From assembly GCA_003141455.1 (NCBI GenBank), contig PLMA01000042.1, positions 114,953 through 178,952 of the forward strand: a DNA stretch of 64,000 nucleotides. Reading direction: 5' to 3'. Positions 46,746 through 56,611 of this stretch are shown here, one piece after another; the first letter of the stretch is position 1; every line of letters starts with the position of its first letter. The translations under genes were made by a program, and so were the position numbers. This DNA comes from Chloroflexota bacterium (GTDB taxonomy: Bacteria > Chloroflexota > Limnocylindria > Limnocylindrales > CSP1-4). The notes beneath the pieces are model-generated. The model worked only from the letters and a program-made list of their open reading frames with translations. It was not told the DNA's origin and made no database searches.

Positions 46746-47174
46746 ATGGCCAAGAAGCGCGATCGAAAGAAGGGCGCGAACGCCGGCAAAGATGGGGCGG
46801 CTGCGGCCGGTCGAGGCTTGCGGCGGCGTCTTCGCCGGCTGGAGAAGATGCTCGCCGTAGCGGCGGCGAAGGAAAGCCGGCGCGTTCGGAAGCTCGAGAA
46901 GGCTCACGTCCGGCGCCAGCAGATCGAGGCCAAGATCGAGACGGCCCGGCTGGCCGCGTCACTTGCCCCTGCCGCTTCGGTCAAGGCTCCGAAGGCTCCG
47001 CCGGTGAGCTCGACCGGCGACCCAGGGCCCAAAGCCGCGCCGGCCAAGACTCCGGCCAAGGCCGTTCGGGCTAAGGCACCGGCCAAGACCGTGCGGGCAA
47101 AGGCCGCGCCGGCCAAGACCGTGCGGGCAAAGGCCGCGCCGGCAACCCCGCCAGAGTCGCCGACAGCGTCCTGA
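46746..47174 (+). CDS. Lys/Ala-rich basic histone-like protein with a tandem AKxVRAKAAP repeat tail
   Basis: MAKKRDRKKGANAGK... with a coiled-coil-like middle and a C-terminal tail PAKAVRAKAPAKTVRAKAAPAKTVRAKAAPA. The ATG at 46746 lies within the longer ORF that begins at 46668. Confidence 0.55.
   Translation: MAKKRDRKKGANAGKDGAAAAGRGLRRRLRRLEKMLAVAAAKESRRVRKLEKAHVRRQQIEAKIETARLAASLAPAASVKAPKAPPVSSTGDPGPKAAPAKTPAKAVRAKAPAKTVRAKAAPAKTVRAKAAPATPPESPTAS
47081..47140 (+). repeat. Exact 30-nt tandem duplication (ggccaagaccgtgcgggcaaaggccgcgcc x2) inside the histone-like gene, with degenerate copies upstream
   Basis: 47081-47110 is identical to 47111-47140. It encodes the repeated peptide AKTVRAKAAP. 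Confidence 0.8.
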
Positions 47175-47238
47175 AGATCAGGCGCTGCCCCATCTGGCGC
47201 AAACCCCGCCCGGCCGGCTCACCGGCTGGGTCGGTCGC

Positions 47239-48549
47239 TCACGCAGGCGCCACGGAGTCATCCTCCGGGGCAGGCTCCGTCGCCTCGCCGGCTGCCCCTG
47301 ACGCGGGACCGGCCGCGACTCCCAGCGCCGCCACCGGTACGGCAAAGGAGAAGGTCGAGCCCTCGCCCTCCTCCGACTCGACCCAGATCCGGCCGCCATG
47401 CATCTCGACCACGTGGCGGGCGATCGACAGGCCCAGGCCCGTGCCCCCGCGACCGCGGACCCTGGCCCGGTCCACCTTGTAGAAGCGCTCGAAGATCCTG
47501 GCTATGTCCGCTCGCGGAACGCCGATCCCGGGATCCCGAACCCAAACCACGACTTCGCCGTCGTCTTCGCGAACACCCACGACGATCTCGCCGCCGTTCG
47601 GGCTGAACTTCACGGCGTTGTGGAGCAGGTTTACCAGTACCTGGCCCAGGCGATCCTCGTCGCCGCGAACGGGAGTGACGTGGTCGGGCAGCTCCAGGGC
47701 AAGGCGCAGTCCCTGGCGCTCGGCGAACGGCCGCAGCCTCTCGGTGGTGGCCTGGGCGACTCCGACCATGTCCACATCGTCGAGCAGCAGCGCGGCCGTC
47801 CCGCTTTCGATCTTGGAGAGATCGAGAAGCTCGTTCACCATCTGTATCAAGTGACCGGTCTCCACCTCGATCTTGGCAATGCGGTCGCGGAGGCGCGGAG
47901 ACGCCGACTCGGCGTCGTGTCCGGCAGTCTCGGCCAGCAAGCTGATGGTCGTAAGCGGCGTTCGCAGCTCATGCGACAGGTTGTCGATGAACTCGGCGCG
48001 GATGCGCTGCAGCCGCCGGAGTTCGGAAACGTCTTCGAGGACGAGCCACACGCCCGATACAGGAGACCGACGAGCGCGGACCGTGACCGTCGCCGCCGAG
48101 CTGGACCGCACCGTCAGCTCGCCGTTTGCCGACCCGAACTCCATTGCAGTCCGGGCAACTGCCTCGATCCGGGGGTCGACGAAGGCCTCCAGGGCGGAGC
48201 GACCGACCATCGTCCCCGGCCGACGCTCCAGCATTACGTGTGCGGCGCTGTTCGCGGACTCGACCGTCAGGTCGTCGCGAAGCCGGACCACCCCCGCTGT
48301 GAGCAGCTCGGAGAGGTATCCCGTGTCGTGGATGACCTGCTCGGCGTCCCAGCGGGCGGCATCGGCCGATTCGAGGGCGCCGCGGACACGTCGCTCGACG
48401 TCGTCGGCGTCGCCGGCACCGGTCGCATCGCGCAGACGCTCGATCACTCGGCCACGAGTGATGGCGACCGCGAGAGCCCAGGCCAACAGGATCGCCAGGC
48501 CGACTATGAACAGGACCGAAACGGCGTCCACAGGTCGAGCATGGCACAC
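47239..48549 (-). CDS. Sensor histidine kinase (PhoR-like, with TM and PAS)
   Basis: N-terminal TM helix, a PAS-like region, the H-box LSHELRTPLTTI, and an HATPase (NLLHNAVKFSP, DPGIGV, GGTGLGLSIAR). Confidence 0.8.
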   Translation of the reverse strand: MCHARPVDAVSVLFIVGLAILLAWALAVAITRGRVIERLRDATGAGDADDVERRVRGALESADAARWDAEQVIHDTGYLSELLTAGVVRLRDDLTVESANSAAHVMLERRPGTMVGRSALEAFVDPRIEAVARTAMEFGSANGELTVRSSSAATVTVRARRSPVSGVWLVLEDVSELRRLQRIRAEFIDNLSHELRTPLTTISLLAETAGHDAESASPRLRDRIAKIEVETGHLIQMVNELLDLSKIESGTAALLLDDVDMVGVAQATTERLRPFAERQGLRLALELPDHVTPVRGDEDRLGQVLVNLLHNAVKFSPNGGEIVVGVREDDGEVVVWVRDPGIGVPRADIARIFERFYKVDRARVRGRGGTGLGLSIARHVVEMHGGRIWVESEEGEGSTFSFAVPVAALGVAAGPASGAAGEATEPAPEDDSVAPA

Positions 48550-48632
48550 TGCCGAGAGTTCGGCAGTCTCGGCGCGGCTGGCAGCCCGGGCCGTAGGCCG
48601 CTAACCTAAGCGAGTCAACCCACGAGGTACCG

Positions 48633-49253
48633 GTGCCGTCGTTTCGTCTGATCCCGCGCGAGGAACGCTTCTTCGACCTGTTCGTCGAGGATGCGGCCAA
48701 CGTCCTTGAGGGCGCCCGCCAGCTGGAGACGATGCTGCGCACCTTCGACAACCCGGACAAGGCCGCCAAGAAGATCCGGGAAACCGAGCACAAAGGCGAC
48801 GAGATCAGCCACGACATCGGCCGGCGCCTGGAGCAGAGTTTCGTCACCCCCTTCGACCGCGAGGAGATCCACGCCCTCATAAGCGGCCTCGACGACGTCC
48901 TGGACCTGATCGAGGAAGTGGCCGACACGTTCGTCCTGTACCACATCGATGCGCCTACCAAGACCTCGATCAAGCAGGCTGCGCTCATCGTCCAGTGCTG
49001 CGAGACGCTCCACCAGGCCCTGAGCAACCTGCGCGGCTTCAAGGATCTCGACAAGTTCGTCATCGAGGTCCATCGCCTCGAGAACGAGGGCGACCGATTG
49101 GCCCGTTCGGCAATTGCCGGTCTCTTCGACGACGGCGCCAAGGCCATGGAAGTCCTCAAGTGGAAGGACATCTACAGCTTCCTGGAAGACACCATCGACA
49201 AGTGCGAAGACGTGGCCCAGATGATCGAGCGCATCGTCGTCAAGCACGCCTGA
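48633..49253 (+). CDS. DUF47 family protein (PhoU-like phosphate-transport regulator, Pit accessory protein type)
   Basis: 206 aa. FFDLF...ETEHKGDEISHDIGRRLEQSFVTPFDREEIHALISGLDDVLDLIEE matches the TIGR00153/DUF47 family. Confidence 0.7.
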   Translation: MPSFRLIPREERFFDLFVEDAANVLEGARQLETMLRTFDNPDKAAKKIRETEHKGDEISHDIGRRLEQSFVTPFDREEIHALISGLDDVLDLIEEVADTFVLYHIDAPTKTSIKQAALIVQCCETLHQALSNLRGFKDLDKFVIEVHRLENEGDRLARSAIAGLFDDGAKAMEVLKWKDIYSFLEDTIDKCEDVAQMIERIVVKHA

Positions 49254-49303
49254 CTCTGGGAGCGAAACCTCGGGCGGGAGTGCGACGGCCGCCTGCTGAA
49301 CTC

Positions 49304-49339
49304 AACGTTTACGCCGCCCGAACACGCCGTTAACGTGGC
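49304..49339 (+). promoter_or_regulatory. PHO-box-like array of three 11-bp direct-repeat units (GTTTAcgccgc CCGAAcacgcc GTTAAcgtggc), 18 nt upstream of the atypical regulator gene
   Basis: It has the same architecture and near-identical sequence to the array at 50188-50220 (AACGTT ... N19 ... GTTAA with identical spacing). Confidence 0.45.
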
Positions 49340-49356
49340 GCTGCGACATTCGGGCG

Positions 49357-50214
49357 ATGACGCAGGCGCATGACCACGTTCCGCCAGGCGCCGGCACCAA
49401 TCCCCAGCCCGGCAGTTTCGCCTTCTCCCCTCCGGCCGAGGGGTTCACCGGCTGGCTGGCCCTCTCCGACCCGGACGGCCCGATCGATCTGGCGCGCCTC
49501 TTCCCCAATGTCGACGTCCGAGTCGAGACCAGTTCGGCGGCCTTCTCCGAGGCGCTGTCGGTAGTCGAGCCGCGCCTTGTGGTCCTCATCGCGCCACCGG
49601 CAGGACCGGGTGACCTCCAGCGTGTGGCGAGCTGGCTGGGCGGCCACGACGAATCGCGCGCGGTCCTTCTCAGCCCTCACCCGTCCGTGGCGGCCCGACT
49701 GCACGCGCTCGAATTGGGCTTCGACGATGCCGTGGACCTCTCCTCGGACCCCATGGAGGTGGTAGGACGGCTCTCGATCGCGGGGCGCCGCGGACCGGGA
49801 ACGGTGCGCCTCTCCGACGACAGGATTCCCGTGGGCGAGGGCGTAGAGCTGGACCGTCGGGCCCACGCGATCCGCCGCGACGGGCATCTCATATCGCTCC
49901 GGCCCAAGGAGCTGGCCCTGCTCGAGTTCATGGCGATGCGCCCCGGGCGTGCCTTCACCCGCGGGGAACTGCTCAAGCACGTCTGGCACGACGCCGTCGG
50001 CCACGGGCGCATGGTCGACGTCTACGTCTTCTGGCTCCGCTCGAAGATCGAACGCGATCCGGCCGGTCCGGTCCACCTCGTGACCGTGCGTGGCTCGGGC
50101 TACCTGTTCGACCCGCCCAAGACGCCCGCCGCGGATCTGGCCGGTCACGGCGCGGCACCGGGCGGTTGGCCAGCAGGACCGTCGAACGTTAACGAACCGC
50201 CAACACAGCGTTAA
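49357..50214 (+). CDS. OmpR/PhoB-type winged-helix regulator with a degenerate receiver domain that lacks the acidic pocket
   Basis: The C-terminal trans_reg_C domain is ISLRPKELALLEFMAMRPGRAFTRGELLKHVW...VDVYVFWLRSKIE...LVTVRGSGY. The N-terminal receiver-like region is LVVLIAPPAGPG. It has neither the DD pair nor the phospho-acceptor Asp. Confidence 0.65.
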   Translation: MTQAHDHVPPGAGTNPQPGSFAFSPPAEGFTGWLALSDPDGPIDLARLFPNVDVRVETSSAAFSEALSVVEPRLVVLIAPPAGPGDLQRVASWLGGHDESRAVLLSPHPSVAARLHALELGFDDAVDLSSDPMEVVGRLSIAGRRGPGTVRLSDDRIPVGEGVELDRRAHAIRRDGHLISLRPKELALLEFMAMRPGRAFTRGELLKHVWHDAVGHGRMVDVYVFWLRSKIERDPAGPVHLVTVRGSGYLFDPPKTPAADLAGHGAAPGGWPAGPSNVNEPPTQR

Positions 50215-50220
50215 GCGCCC
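50188..50220 (+). promoter_or_regulatory. PHO-box-like array of three 11-bp direct-repeat units (GTTAAcgaacc GCCAAcacagc GTTAAgcgccc), ~75 nt upstream of pstS
   Basis: Exact 11-bp periodicity. It overlaps the stop codon of the regulator gene and is paralogous to the 49304-49339 site. Confidence 0.45.
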
Positions 50221-50293
50221 CCTTCGATCATCCGAGCGGAACCTGGGAGCAGGTTGGACTCATCTAGCCGCCCACCACAGAGGAGACACTAAG

Positions 50294-51262
50294 TTGCTGA
50301 ACGGAACGCGTCGCTTCGGCGCACTGGCCATCGCAGCCGCATTGTTTGCGTCGGCGTGTTCATCGGCCGGCGCCTCGCCCACCCCGGCGCCAGCTGCCAC
50401 TCCGGCCCCGGCCACGCCCACGCCGGCGGCCATGGACACATCCTCGGCGGCCCCGGGCACGCCGGCGGCCACACCGGCGCCGACGGTCAACTGCGTGACC
50501 GGTAGCATCACCACTTCAGGCTCCACCGCCCTGCAGCCCCTCGTCGACGCGGCCGCCAAGCAGTACGCGAAGGCGTGCGCCGGCGCCACGATCACGGTCA
50601 ACGGCGGCGGCTCCGGCACGGGTCTCAGCCAGGTCGCCCAGGGCGCCGTCCAGATCGGCGACTCCGACGTGACGGCCGAAAGCAAGCTCGCCACCCCGGA
50701 CGCGTCCAAGCTCGTCGACCACGTCGTCGCCCGCCAGGGCTGGATCGTGGTCACGAACAAGGACGTGACCGTGACGAACCTGACCACTCAGCAGAACATC
50801 GACATCTGGACCGGCAAGGTCAAGAACTGGAAAGATGTCGGCGGCCCGGATATGCCGATCGTTCTGATCTTCCGCCCGGCCTCGTCCGGCACGCGCGCCA
50901 CCTTCAAGAAGCTGGTTCTCGGCGGCGCCACTGAGGCGACCGGCGGCCAGAACGTGACTCAGGACTCGAATGGTGCCGTCACGACGGCGATCACCAAGAC
51001 CGACGGATCGGTCAGCGTCATCGGCTTCGCCTACTACGACGACCCGGCCAACAAACCCCTCCTCAATGGCCTTCAGCTCGACGGCGTCGACGCCACCGTC
51101 GCGAACATGGCCGGCGGCACCTACAAGCTCGCTGCCGACGGTCACATGTACACCAACGGCCAGCCCTCCGGCCTGACCGCAGCCTTCCTGGCCTACATGA
51201 TGGGCCCGGAGGTCCAGGGCACCCTGATCCCGAGCCTCTCCTACGCTCCGGTCGTCAAGTAG
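50294..51262 (+). CDS. pstS: Phosphate ABC transporter substrate-binding lipoprotein
   Basis: TTG start after an AGGAGA RBS. A lipoprotein-like signal ends in LFASAC. PstS motifs ITTSGSTALQPL and VNGGGSGTG are present. Confidence 0.85.
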   Translation: MLNGTRRFGALAIAAALFASACSSAGASPTPAPAATPAPATPTPAAMDTSSAAPGTPAATPAPTVNCVTGSITTSGSTALQPLVDAAAKQYAKACAGATITVNGGGSGTGLSQVAQGAVQIGDSDVTAESKLATPDASKLVDHVVARQGWIVVTNKDVTVTNLTTQQNIDIWTGKVKNWKDVGGPDMPIVLIFRPASSGTRATFKKLVLGGATEATGGQNVTQDSNGAVTTAITKTDGSVSVIGFAYYDDPANKPLLNGLQLDGVDATVANMAGGTYKLAADGHMYTNGQPSGLTAAFLAYMMGPEVQGTLIPSLSYAPVVK

Positions 51263-51348
51263 CCCGTAGCCAGCTCCGAGCCTCGTTGTGACGGGCGAGG
51301 CTCGGAGCATTCCTGTATTCAGCTGGCCGTGAAGCCGAGGCAGCGCCG

Positions 51349-52332
51349 ATGGCACAACTGACATCCGCCAACCGGATGGCCGGTCTGCGGGCCGCGCCCA
51401 GCTTCGCCGAACGCATCGACCTCCCTCAACGCGTGGTGTTCCTGGCCGCGGCGTCGATGATCGGAATCGTGATCCTGCTGCTGGGCTTCATCACCTGGCA
51501 GGGACTGCAGCTCTTCCTCAAGGATGGCGTGCCGGTCACACAGGTCCTGTCGACCACATGGCAGCCTGACTCGACCAGCCCGGACGTCACTTTCGGCCTC
51601 CTGCCCTTCATCGCCGGCACGGTCTTCGTCACGGCGGTGGCGTTGCTGATCTCGACACCCCTTTCGGTGGGTCTTGCCTTGTTCCTATCCGAAGTGGCGC
51701 CGCGTTGGGCCAGAGCCATCGTCCAGCCGGCCCTCGAGATCTTCGTCGGCATCCCGAGCGTCGTCTGGGGCTGGCTCGGCATCACCATCCTGGTGCCGTT
51801 CCTCAGCGACACCTTCCACCACGACTTCGTCCTGTCCCTCCCGGTCGTGGGCGAGGTGTTCCGTGCTCCGGGCTTCCTCACCGGCTTCTCCTGGCTGGCC
51901 GGCTCGCTCGTCCTCTCGATCATGGTCCTGCCGACAATCACGAGTGTCTCCTTCGATGCCTTCCGGGCCATTCCGCAGGAGCTCCGAACCGGCTCGCTGG
52001 CCCTGGGAACGACGCGCTGGCAGACGATCCGGCACATCCTGATCCCGGCCGCGCTGCCGGGCGTCCTCACGGCGGTGGTGCTCGGCATGACCCGAGCCGC
52101 CGGAGAGGCTCTGGCGGTTCAGATGGTCATCGGCAACTCGCCGATGATGCCCCAGGCGATCAGCCAGCCCGTAACGACGCTGACGTCCCAGATCACGCTC
52201 GACATGGGCAACACGGTCTTCGGTGAGCCCTGGCAGGACGCCCTCTGGACGATGAGCCTGGTCCTCCTGATCATCTCGATCACCTCGGTCGTCCTGGTGA
52301 GGGTCATCAACAAGAGGAGGATGGCCTCGTGA
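51349..52332 (+). CDS. pstC: Phosphate ABC transporter permease PstC
   Basis: 327 aa with 6 TM segments and an EAA-like loop. It sits between pstS and pstA. Confidence 0.85.
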   Translation: MAQLTSANRMAGLRAAPSFAERIDLPQRVVFLAAASMIGIVILLLGFITWQGLQLFLKDGVPVTQVLSTTWQPDSTSPDVTFGLLPFIAGTVFVTAVALLISTPLSVGLALFLSEVAPRWARAIVQPALEIFVGIPSVVWGWLGITILVPFLSDTFHHDFVLSLPVVGEVFRAPGFLTGFSWLAGSLVLSIMVLPTITSVSFDAFRAIPQELRTGSLALGTTRWQTIRHILIPAALPGVLTAVVLGMTRAAGEALAVQMVIGNSPMMPQAISQPVTTLTSQITLDMGNTVFGEPWQDALWTMSLVLLIISITSVVLVRVINKRRMAS

Positions 52333-53285
52333 CCGCGACCGCCTCGTCTGCCGGCAGCGGCTCGCGCGGACCCTCGCCCAGCCTTCGGCACCGCCGCTCC
52401 AGCGGAAGCATCCTGGCCGACCGCGCCGCCACCGTCGTCCTGTGGGGCACGGGCATCTTCGTCCTTCTCCTCCTCGGAGCCATCATCCTCCACTTCGCGG
52501 TGGCGGCCTGGGGAGTCGTCTCGCCGAGCTTCGTCCTCAACGATCCCAGCGACTCGGCTCTCGGCGGCATCATGCCGGTGCTGTGGAACTCCCTCTACAT
52601 GCTCGCGCTGACGATGCTGATCGCTATTCCGGTGGGGCTCCTGGGTGGCATCTACATGTCGGAGTACGCCGGCGACAACCCCATCACAAGCGCGATCCGG
52701 TTCGCCGAGGAGGCGATCAGCTCGGTCCCGTCGATCGTGGTTGGTCTGTTCGGACTGATCCTCTTCGTCGACAACTTCCACATGGGCTTCACGGCTCTCG
52801 GCGGCGCCCTGGCCCTGACGCTTTTCAACCTGCCCCTGATGACCCGTCTCTCCGAGCAGGCTCTCCGGGCGGTTCCGCAGGATGAGCGCAGCGCGAGCCT
52901 GGCTCTGGGCGCGACCAAGTGGCAAACGATCCGCCACGTGGTGGTGCCCCTCGCGATCCCGGGCCTGGTCACCGGGGTGATCCTGACGGCCGGCCGTGTT
53001 TTTGGAGAGGCGGCGGTGCTGCTCTTCACGTCCGGCATCGGGACTCCGGCGCACTACGACTTCGCGAACCTGGACCTGACCAATCCCGCGTCGCCGTGGA
53101 GCCCGTTCCGGCCGGCCACCACCCTGTCGGTCTACATCTGGAAGCTCCAGTCGGAGGGGCTCGGGGCGTTCAAGAACCAGATCATCGACGGCTCGGCCGC
53201 GATTCTCATTTCTATGGTCCTGATCTTCAACCTCGGAGCGCGGCTTGTCGGCCGCCTTCTCACCCGCAGGCTGACTGCCGCATGA
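52329..53285 (+). CDS. pstA: Phosphate ABC transporter permease PstA
   Basis: 318 aa. Its start overlaps the pstC stop. PstA-like TM topology. Confidence 0.85.
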   Translation: MTATASSAGSGSRGPSPSLRHRRSSGSILADRAATVVLWGTGIFVLLLLGAIILHFAVAAWGVVSPSFVLNDPSDSALGGIMPVLWNSLYMLALTMLIAIPVGLLGGIYMSEYAGDNPITSAIRFAEEAISSVPSIVVGLFGLILFVDNFHMGFTALGGALALTLFNLPLMTRLSEQALRAVPQDERSASLALGATKWQTIRHVVVPLAIPGLVTGVILTAGRVFGEAAVLLFTSGIGTPAHYDFANLDLTNPASPWSPFRPATTLSVYIWKLQSEGLGAFKNQIIDGSAAILISMVLIFNLGARLVGRLLTRRLTAA

Positions 53286-54166
53286 ACACCGGAGACGAGA
53301 TGCTTGCTGCCTCTGCCACGTATCAGGAACCCTTGATCCGGCGCGTCGAGGTGAGCGCCTCTCTCGCGGCCGACACGGCCACCGCCGCGGAGCACGAGAT
53401 CAAGATCGCCACGAGCCACGTCTCGATCTCGTACGGCGAGAAGGTCGCCGTTCGAGACGTTTCATTGGAGATCCAGGATCGTTCGATCATGGCCTTGATC
53501 GGGCCGTCGGGCAGCGGCAAGAGCACGTTCCTGCGCTGCTTCAATCGCATGAACGACCTCATCCCGAGCGCTTCCGTTCAGGGTGAGGTGACACTGGACG
53601 GCGAGAACGTGACCGATCCCGATGTCAGCGTCGTGGAGCTGAGACGCCGGGTGGGCATGGTCTTCCAGCGCCCGAATCCGTTTCCGATGTCGATCTACGA
53701 GAACGTCGCCTATGGGCCGAGACGACGGGGCCTGAACGACCGCCGGAAGCTCGAGGAGCTCGTCGAGACGAGCCTGAGGCGAGCGGCCCTCTGGGACGAG
53801 GTCAAGGACGACCTTCGACGCAAGTCCGGCCTGGCTCTCTCCGGCGGCCAGCAACAGCGCCTGTGCATCGCTCGCGTCCTGGCCACCGAGCCGGAGGTCA
53901 TCCTGATGGACGAGCCCGCGTCGGCGCTGGACCCGGTCTCCACCCTCCGCATCGAGGAGCTGATGCGGGAGCTGAGAGAGGCCTACACCATCGTCATCGT
54001 CACCCACAACATGCAGCAGGCTGCCCGCGTAAGCGACGTCACGGCCTTCTTCACGATGGCGGAAGACCGGGCCGGCTACCTGGTCGAGGTCGGACCCACC
54101 GGGCAGATCTTCACGCGGCCGAATGAGCGACTGACAGAGGACTACATCTCAGGGCGGTTCGGATGA
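53282..54166 (+). CDS. pstB: Phosphate ABC transporter ATP-binding protein PstB
   Basis: The ATG overlaps the pstA stop (ATGA). Walker [10 protein letters not shown], signature [13 protein letters not shown], Walker [12 protein letters not shown]. The N-terminal ~30 aa are an extension relative to typical PstB. Confidence 0.9.
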   Translation: MNTGDEMLAASATYQEPLIRRVEVSASLAADTATAAEHEIKIATSHVSISYGEKVAVRDVSLEIQDRSIMALIGPSGSGKSTFLRCFNRMNDLIPSASVQGEVTLDGENVTDPDVSVVELRRRVGMVFQRPNPFPMSIYENVAYGPRRRGLNDRRKLEELVETSLRRAALWDEVKDDLRRKSGLALSGGQQQRLCIARVLATEPEVILMDEPASALDPVSTLRIEELMRELREAYTIVIVTHNMQQAARVSDVTAFFTMAEDRAGYLVEVGPTGQIFTRPNERLTEDYISGRFG

Positions 54167-54954
54167 ACGCACACGGAGGCGAGGAGTCGACGATGCAGTC
54201 CCTGGAAGAAGCCGCCGGCACGCCGGCCATGGAGCCGACCGCCGCCGGATCCGACGCGGTCGCCGAGGCTGAGGCCGAAGCCGAACGCCATTCGACGCAC
54301 ATTCGAGAGAGCCTCGATGCCGAGATGCGAGACGTCAAGGAGGGCGTCTTGCGCATGGGCAGCCTCGTGGAGGAGCAGATCCTGGCTGCGCACGACGCGA
54401 TCATGAATCGGGATGCAGTCCTAGCGGCGGCCGTTATCGCCTCGGACGGGCGGATCAACGAAGTGCAGAAGGACGTTACCGGGGTGGTAGCGTTGACCAT
54501 CGCGACCCAGGCCCCCGTGGCGAGAGACCTTCGCTTCTTGCTCGCCCTGGACCGGGTCACGTACGAGCTCGAGCGCATCGGCGACCACGCCGGGTCCGTC
54601 GCGAAGCAGGCCCGCAAGCTCGCGGGGGTTACGAGCATGGTGACCTACGACGAGCTGACGCCGATGGCCACTCTGGCTGCGCAGCAGGTCCGGGACGTCG
54701 TACTGGCTCTTATCGACATCGACGAGAACAAAGCCCGGGAAGTCGCCTCCCGCGACGACGAGATCGACCGCCTCTACCACCAGGTCTTCGACGACGTTCT
54801 GGCGGAGATGCGGACCGATCCGGCCAAGGTGGACCCCGGGACCCGGATCCTCTTCGCCGCCCACTACCTCGAGCGTATCGGCGACCGTGTCACCAACATC
54901 GCCGAGGACGTGGTCTTCCTCGCGACGGGTGAGGTCGAAGACCTGAACCCCTAG
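54163..54954 (+). CDS. phoU: Phosphate signalling complex protein PhoU (second copy, pst-linked)
   Basis: Its start overlaps the pstB stop. The PhoU repeats are [14 protein letters not shown] ... [12 protein letters not shown] ... [16 protein letters not shown], preceded by an acidic, Ala-rich N-terminal extension. Confidence 0.85.
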   Translation: MNAHGGEESTMQSLEEAAGTPAMEPTAAGSDAVAEAEAEAERHSTHIRESLDAEMRDVKEGVLRMGSLVEEQILAAHDAIMNRDAVLAAAVIASDGRINEVQKDVTGVVALTIATQAPVARDLRFLLALDRVTYELERIGDHAGSVAKQARKLAGVTSMVTYDELTPMATLAAQQVRDVVLALIDIDENKAREVASRDDEIDRLYHQVFDDVLAEMRTDPAKVDPGTRILFAAHYLERIGDRVTNIAEDVVFLATGEVEDLNP

Positions 54955-55165
54955 AGGCCAATCCTCCACGAACGGAAAGCTTGGACGGCGGATCTGGTCG
55001 GAGGCTTGACTCCTCTCGACAAGACACGGGTGGTCGGAACGCCCGGTCCCGCAGACTGCTACGTACCGACGAGGGCAGGCTGGCGCGGCAGCTCGGTGGT
55101 ATACATGATCCATGGGACCTTCTGGAGTTGCGCGCGCAGGAGTAGTCGGGGCGAAGGCGCGGTCG

Positions 55166-56422
55166 ATGAAGTCCGCCACCCTCCTCTTGTCCCTGCTAGT
55201 CGCCGCCTGCGGGACACAGCCGGCATCGCCGCCTGCGCCTCCATCGACGGCGCTGCCTGCGACGGCGTCGCCTCGATCTCTTGGCCCGTCGCCGAGTCTG
55301 AGCCCGAGCCGCCTACTCGCGCCGGGCACTCAGTGTGGTGCGACGGTCGCGTTTGGCGGTCAAATTGTCGCCCCTCCTCTGCCCAGTTCGACCGGCCGTG
55401 GGAATCCGCCGACGTGGTCGGCACAAGCCGCAGCCTTCGCCATCGAGAGTGTCGCTGCTTCCCCCGACGGTCAGTTGTTGGCAATTGCCGGAGCCTCGGA
55501 CAGTAGCCACACTGCCCAGCTGTGGGCGGCGGACGGATCGAAGCTGGCGACACTCGCTGACGGCGGTGCGGTGGTCACATGCCTGGCCTGGTCGCCCGAT
55601 GGCGCGCTCCTTGCGGGGGCCTCTCGGGCCGGGGACGTGAGGCTCTGGGACCGGCACGGGCAGCTGGTCCGAATACTGCACGGGACGGACCCGGTCTTCA
55701 GCCTTGCTTGGTCGCCTGACGGCGCCGTACTGGCTACGGGAGCCATCCATTTCCCAGCTCCGACCGCGACCGGCCTGGCCCCCCTGCCGGGCGTGGTCCG
55801 GCTGTGGGGACGGGACGGCAGTCTCAATCGCACTCTCGGGACAGAGTCTACTGGTGGCAAGTTCCTCAATCTCGCGTGGTCGCCCGACGGGTCGATGCTC
55901 GCGGCTGGCGCCGGCGACTACAACGTCTGGCGAGCCGACGGGACACAGGTCGGCGTCCTGCGGACGGGCGGAACCCCGGCCTGGGCGATGGTCTGGTCGC
56001 CAGATGGCCGCGCACTCGCCATTGGCGACGAGAGTGGCGTCCTGCAGATCGTCACGCCCGGTGGCACGATGCAGAGCGTCAGCTCCTTCGAGGGCGACGT
56101 CAACGCAGTCAGCTACTCGCCAGACGGCGCCTCTCTGGCCGTTGGGCATGACTCGATAGTGAGCGTCGTCAAGGCTACTGACGGACGAACCGTCCTTTGG
56201 TCAGTGGCCGCCGTCGCGGCCTACACCATCTGGTCGATCGACGGACGCAAACTGCTGATCTCGGCAGCCGACGGCCTCGCCCTGGTCGGCGCGGGCGGCG
56301 CGCCCTCTTCCACACTGACTGGCTGCCCGGGCGACGTCAGCGCCTTCTCCTGGGATGGAGCGGTCGTGGTCGCCGCTACCGATACTGGCTGGCTCTGTAG
56401 CTGGCGCTCACCCGGTCCGTGA
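55166..56422 (+). CDS. WD40/PD40-like beta-propeller repeat lipoprotein
   Basis: The signal peptide MKSATLLLSLLVAACG has a lipobox. It is followed by ~7 repeats of LAWSPDG-type motifs (LAWSPDGALLAG, LAWSPDGAVLAT, LAWSPDGSMLAA, MVWSPDGRALAI, VSYSPDGASLAV). Confidence 0.75.
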   Translation: MKSATLLLSLLVAACGTQPASPPAPPSTALPATASPRSLGPSPSLSPSRLLAPGTQCGATVAFGGQIVAPPLPSSTGRGNPPTWSAQAAAFAIESVAASPDGQLLAIAGASDSSHTAQLWAADGSKLATLADGGAVVTCLAWSPDGALLAGASRAGDVRLWDRHGQLVRILHGTDPVFSLAWSPDGAVLATGAIHFPAPTATGLAPLPGVVRLWGRDGSLNRTLGTESTGGKFLNLAWSPDGSMLAAGAGDYNVWRADGTQVGVLRTGGTPAWAMVWSPDGRALAIGDESGVLQIVTPGGTMQSVSSFEGDVNAVSYSPDGASLAVGHDSIVSVVKATDGRTVLWSVAAVAAYTIWSIDGRKLLISAADGLALVGAGGAPSSTLTGCPGDVSAFSWDGAVVVAATDTGWLCSWRSPGP

Positions 56423-56541
56423 ACGCACCCAGAACAGCTCCAGCACATAGCATCCGTGCCCGCCAGTTCTCATGACACAGTCCAGCTATCGACGCGGCTG
56501 GGAGGTTTCGGCGAGGTCAGCCGGCACGCTCCGTCAACCTG

Positions 56542-56579
56542 GCCACGGATGTTCGTACCTTCACCCGTATAGTGTCGGG
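56542..56579 (+). repeat. Direct repeat, copy A (ttcgtaccttcacccgtatagtgtcgg...gactcctc), immediately 3' of the CDF transporter gene
   Basis: A 27-nt block is identical to 57585-57611, plus a conserved gactcctc 3 nt later. Confidence 0.8.
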
Positions 56580-56611
56580 CCGACTCCTCAGCGACCTCCG
56601 ACCATGCCCCC

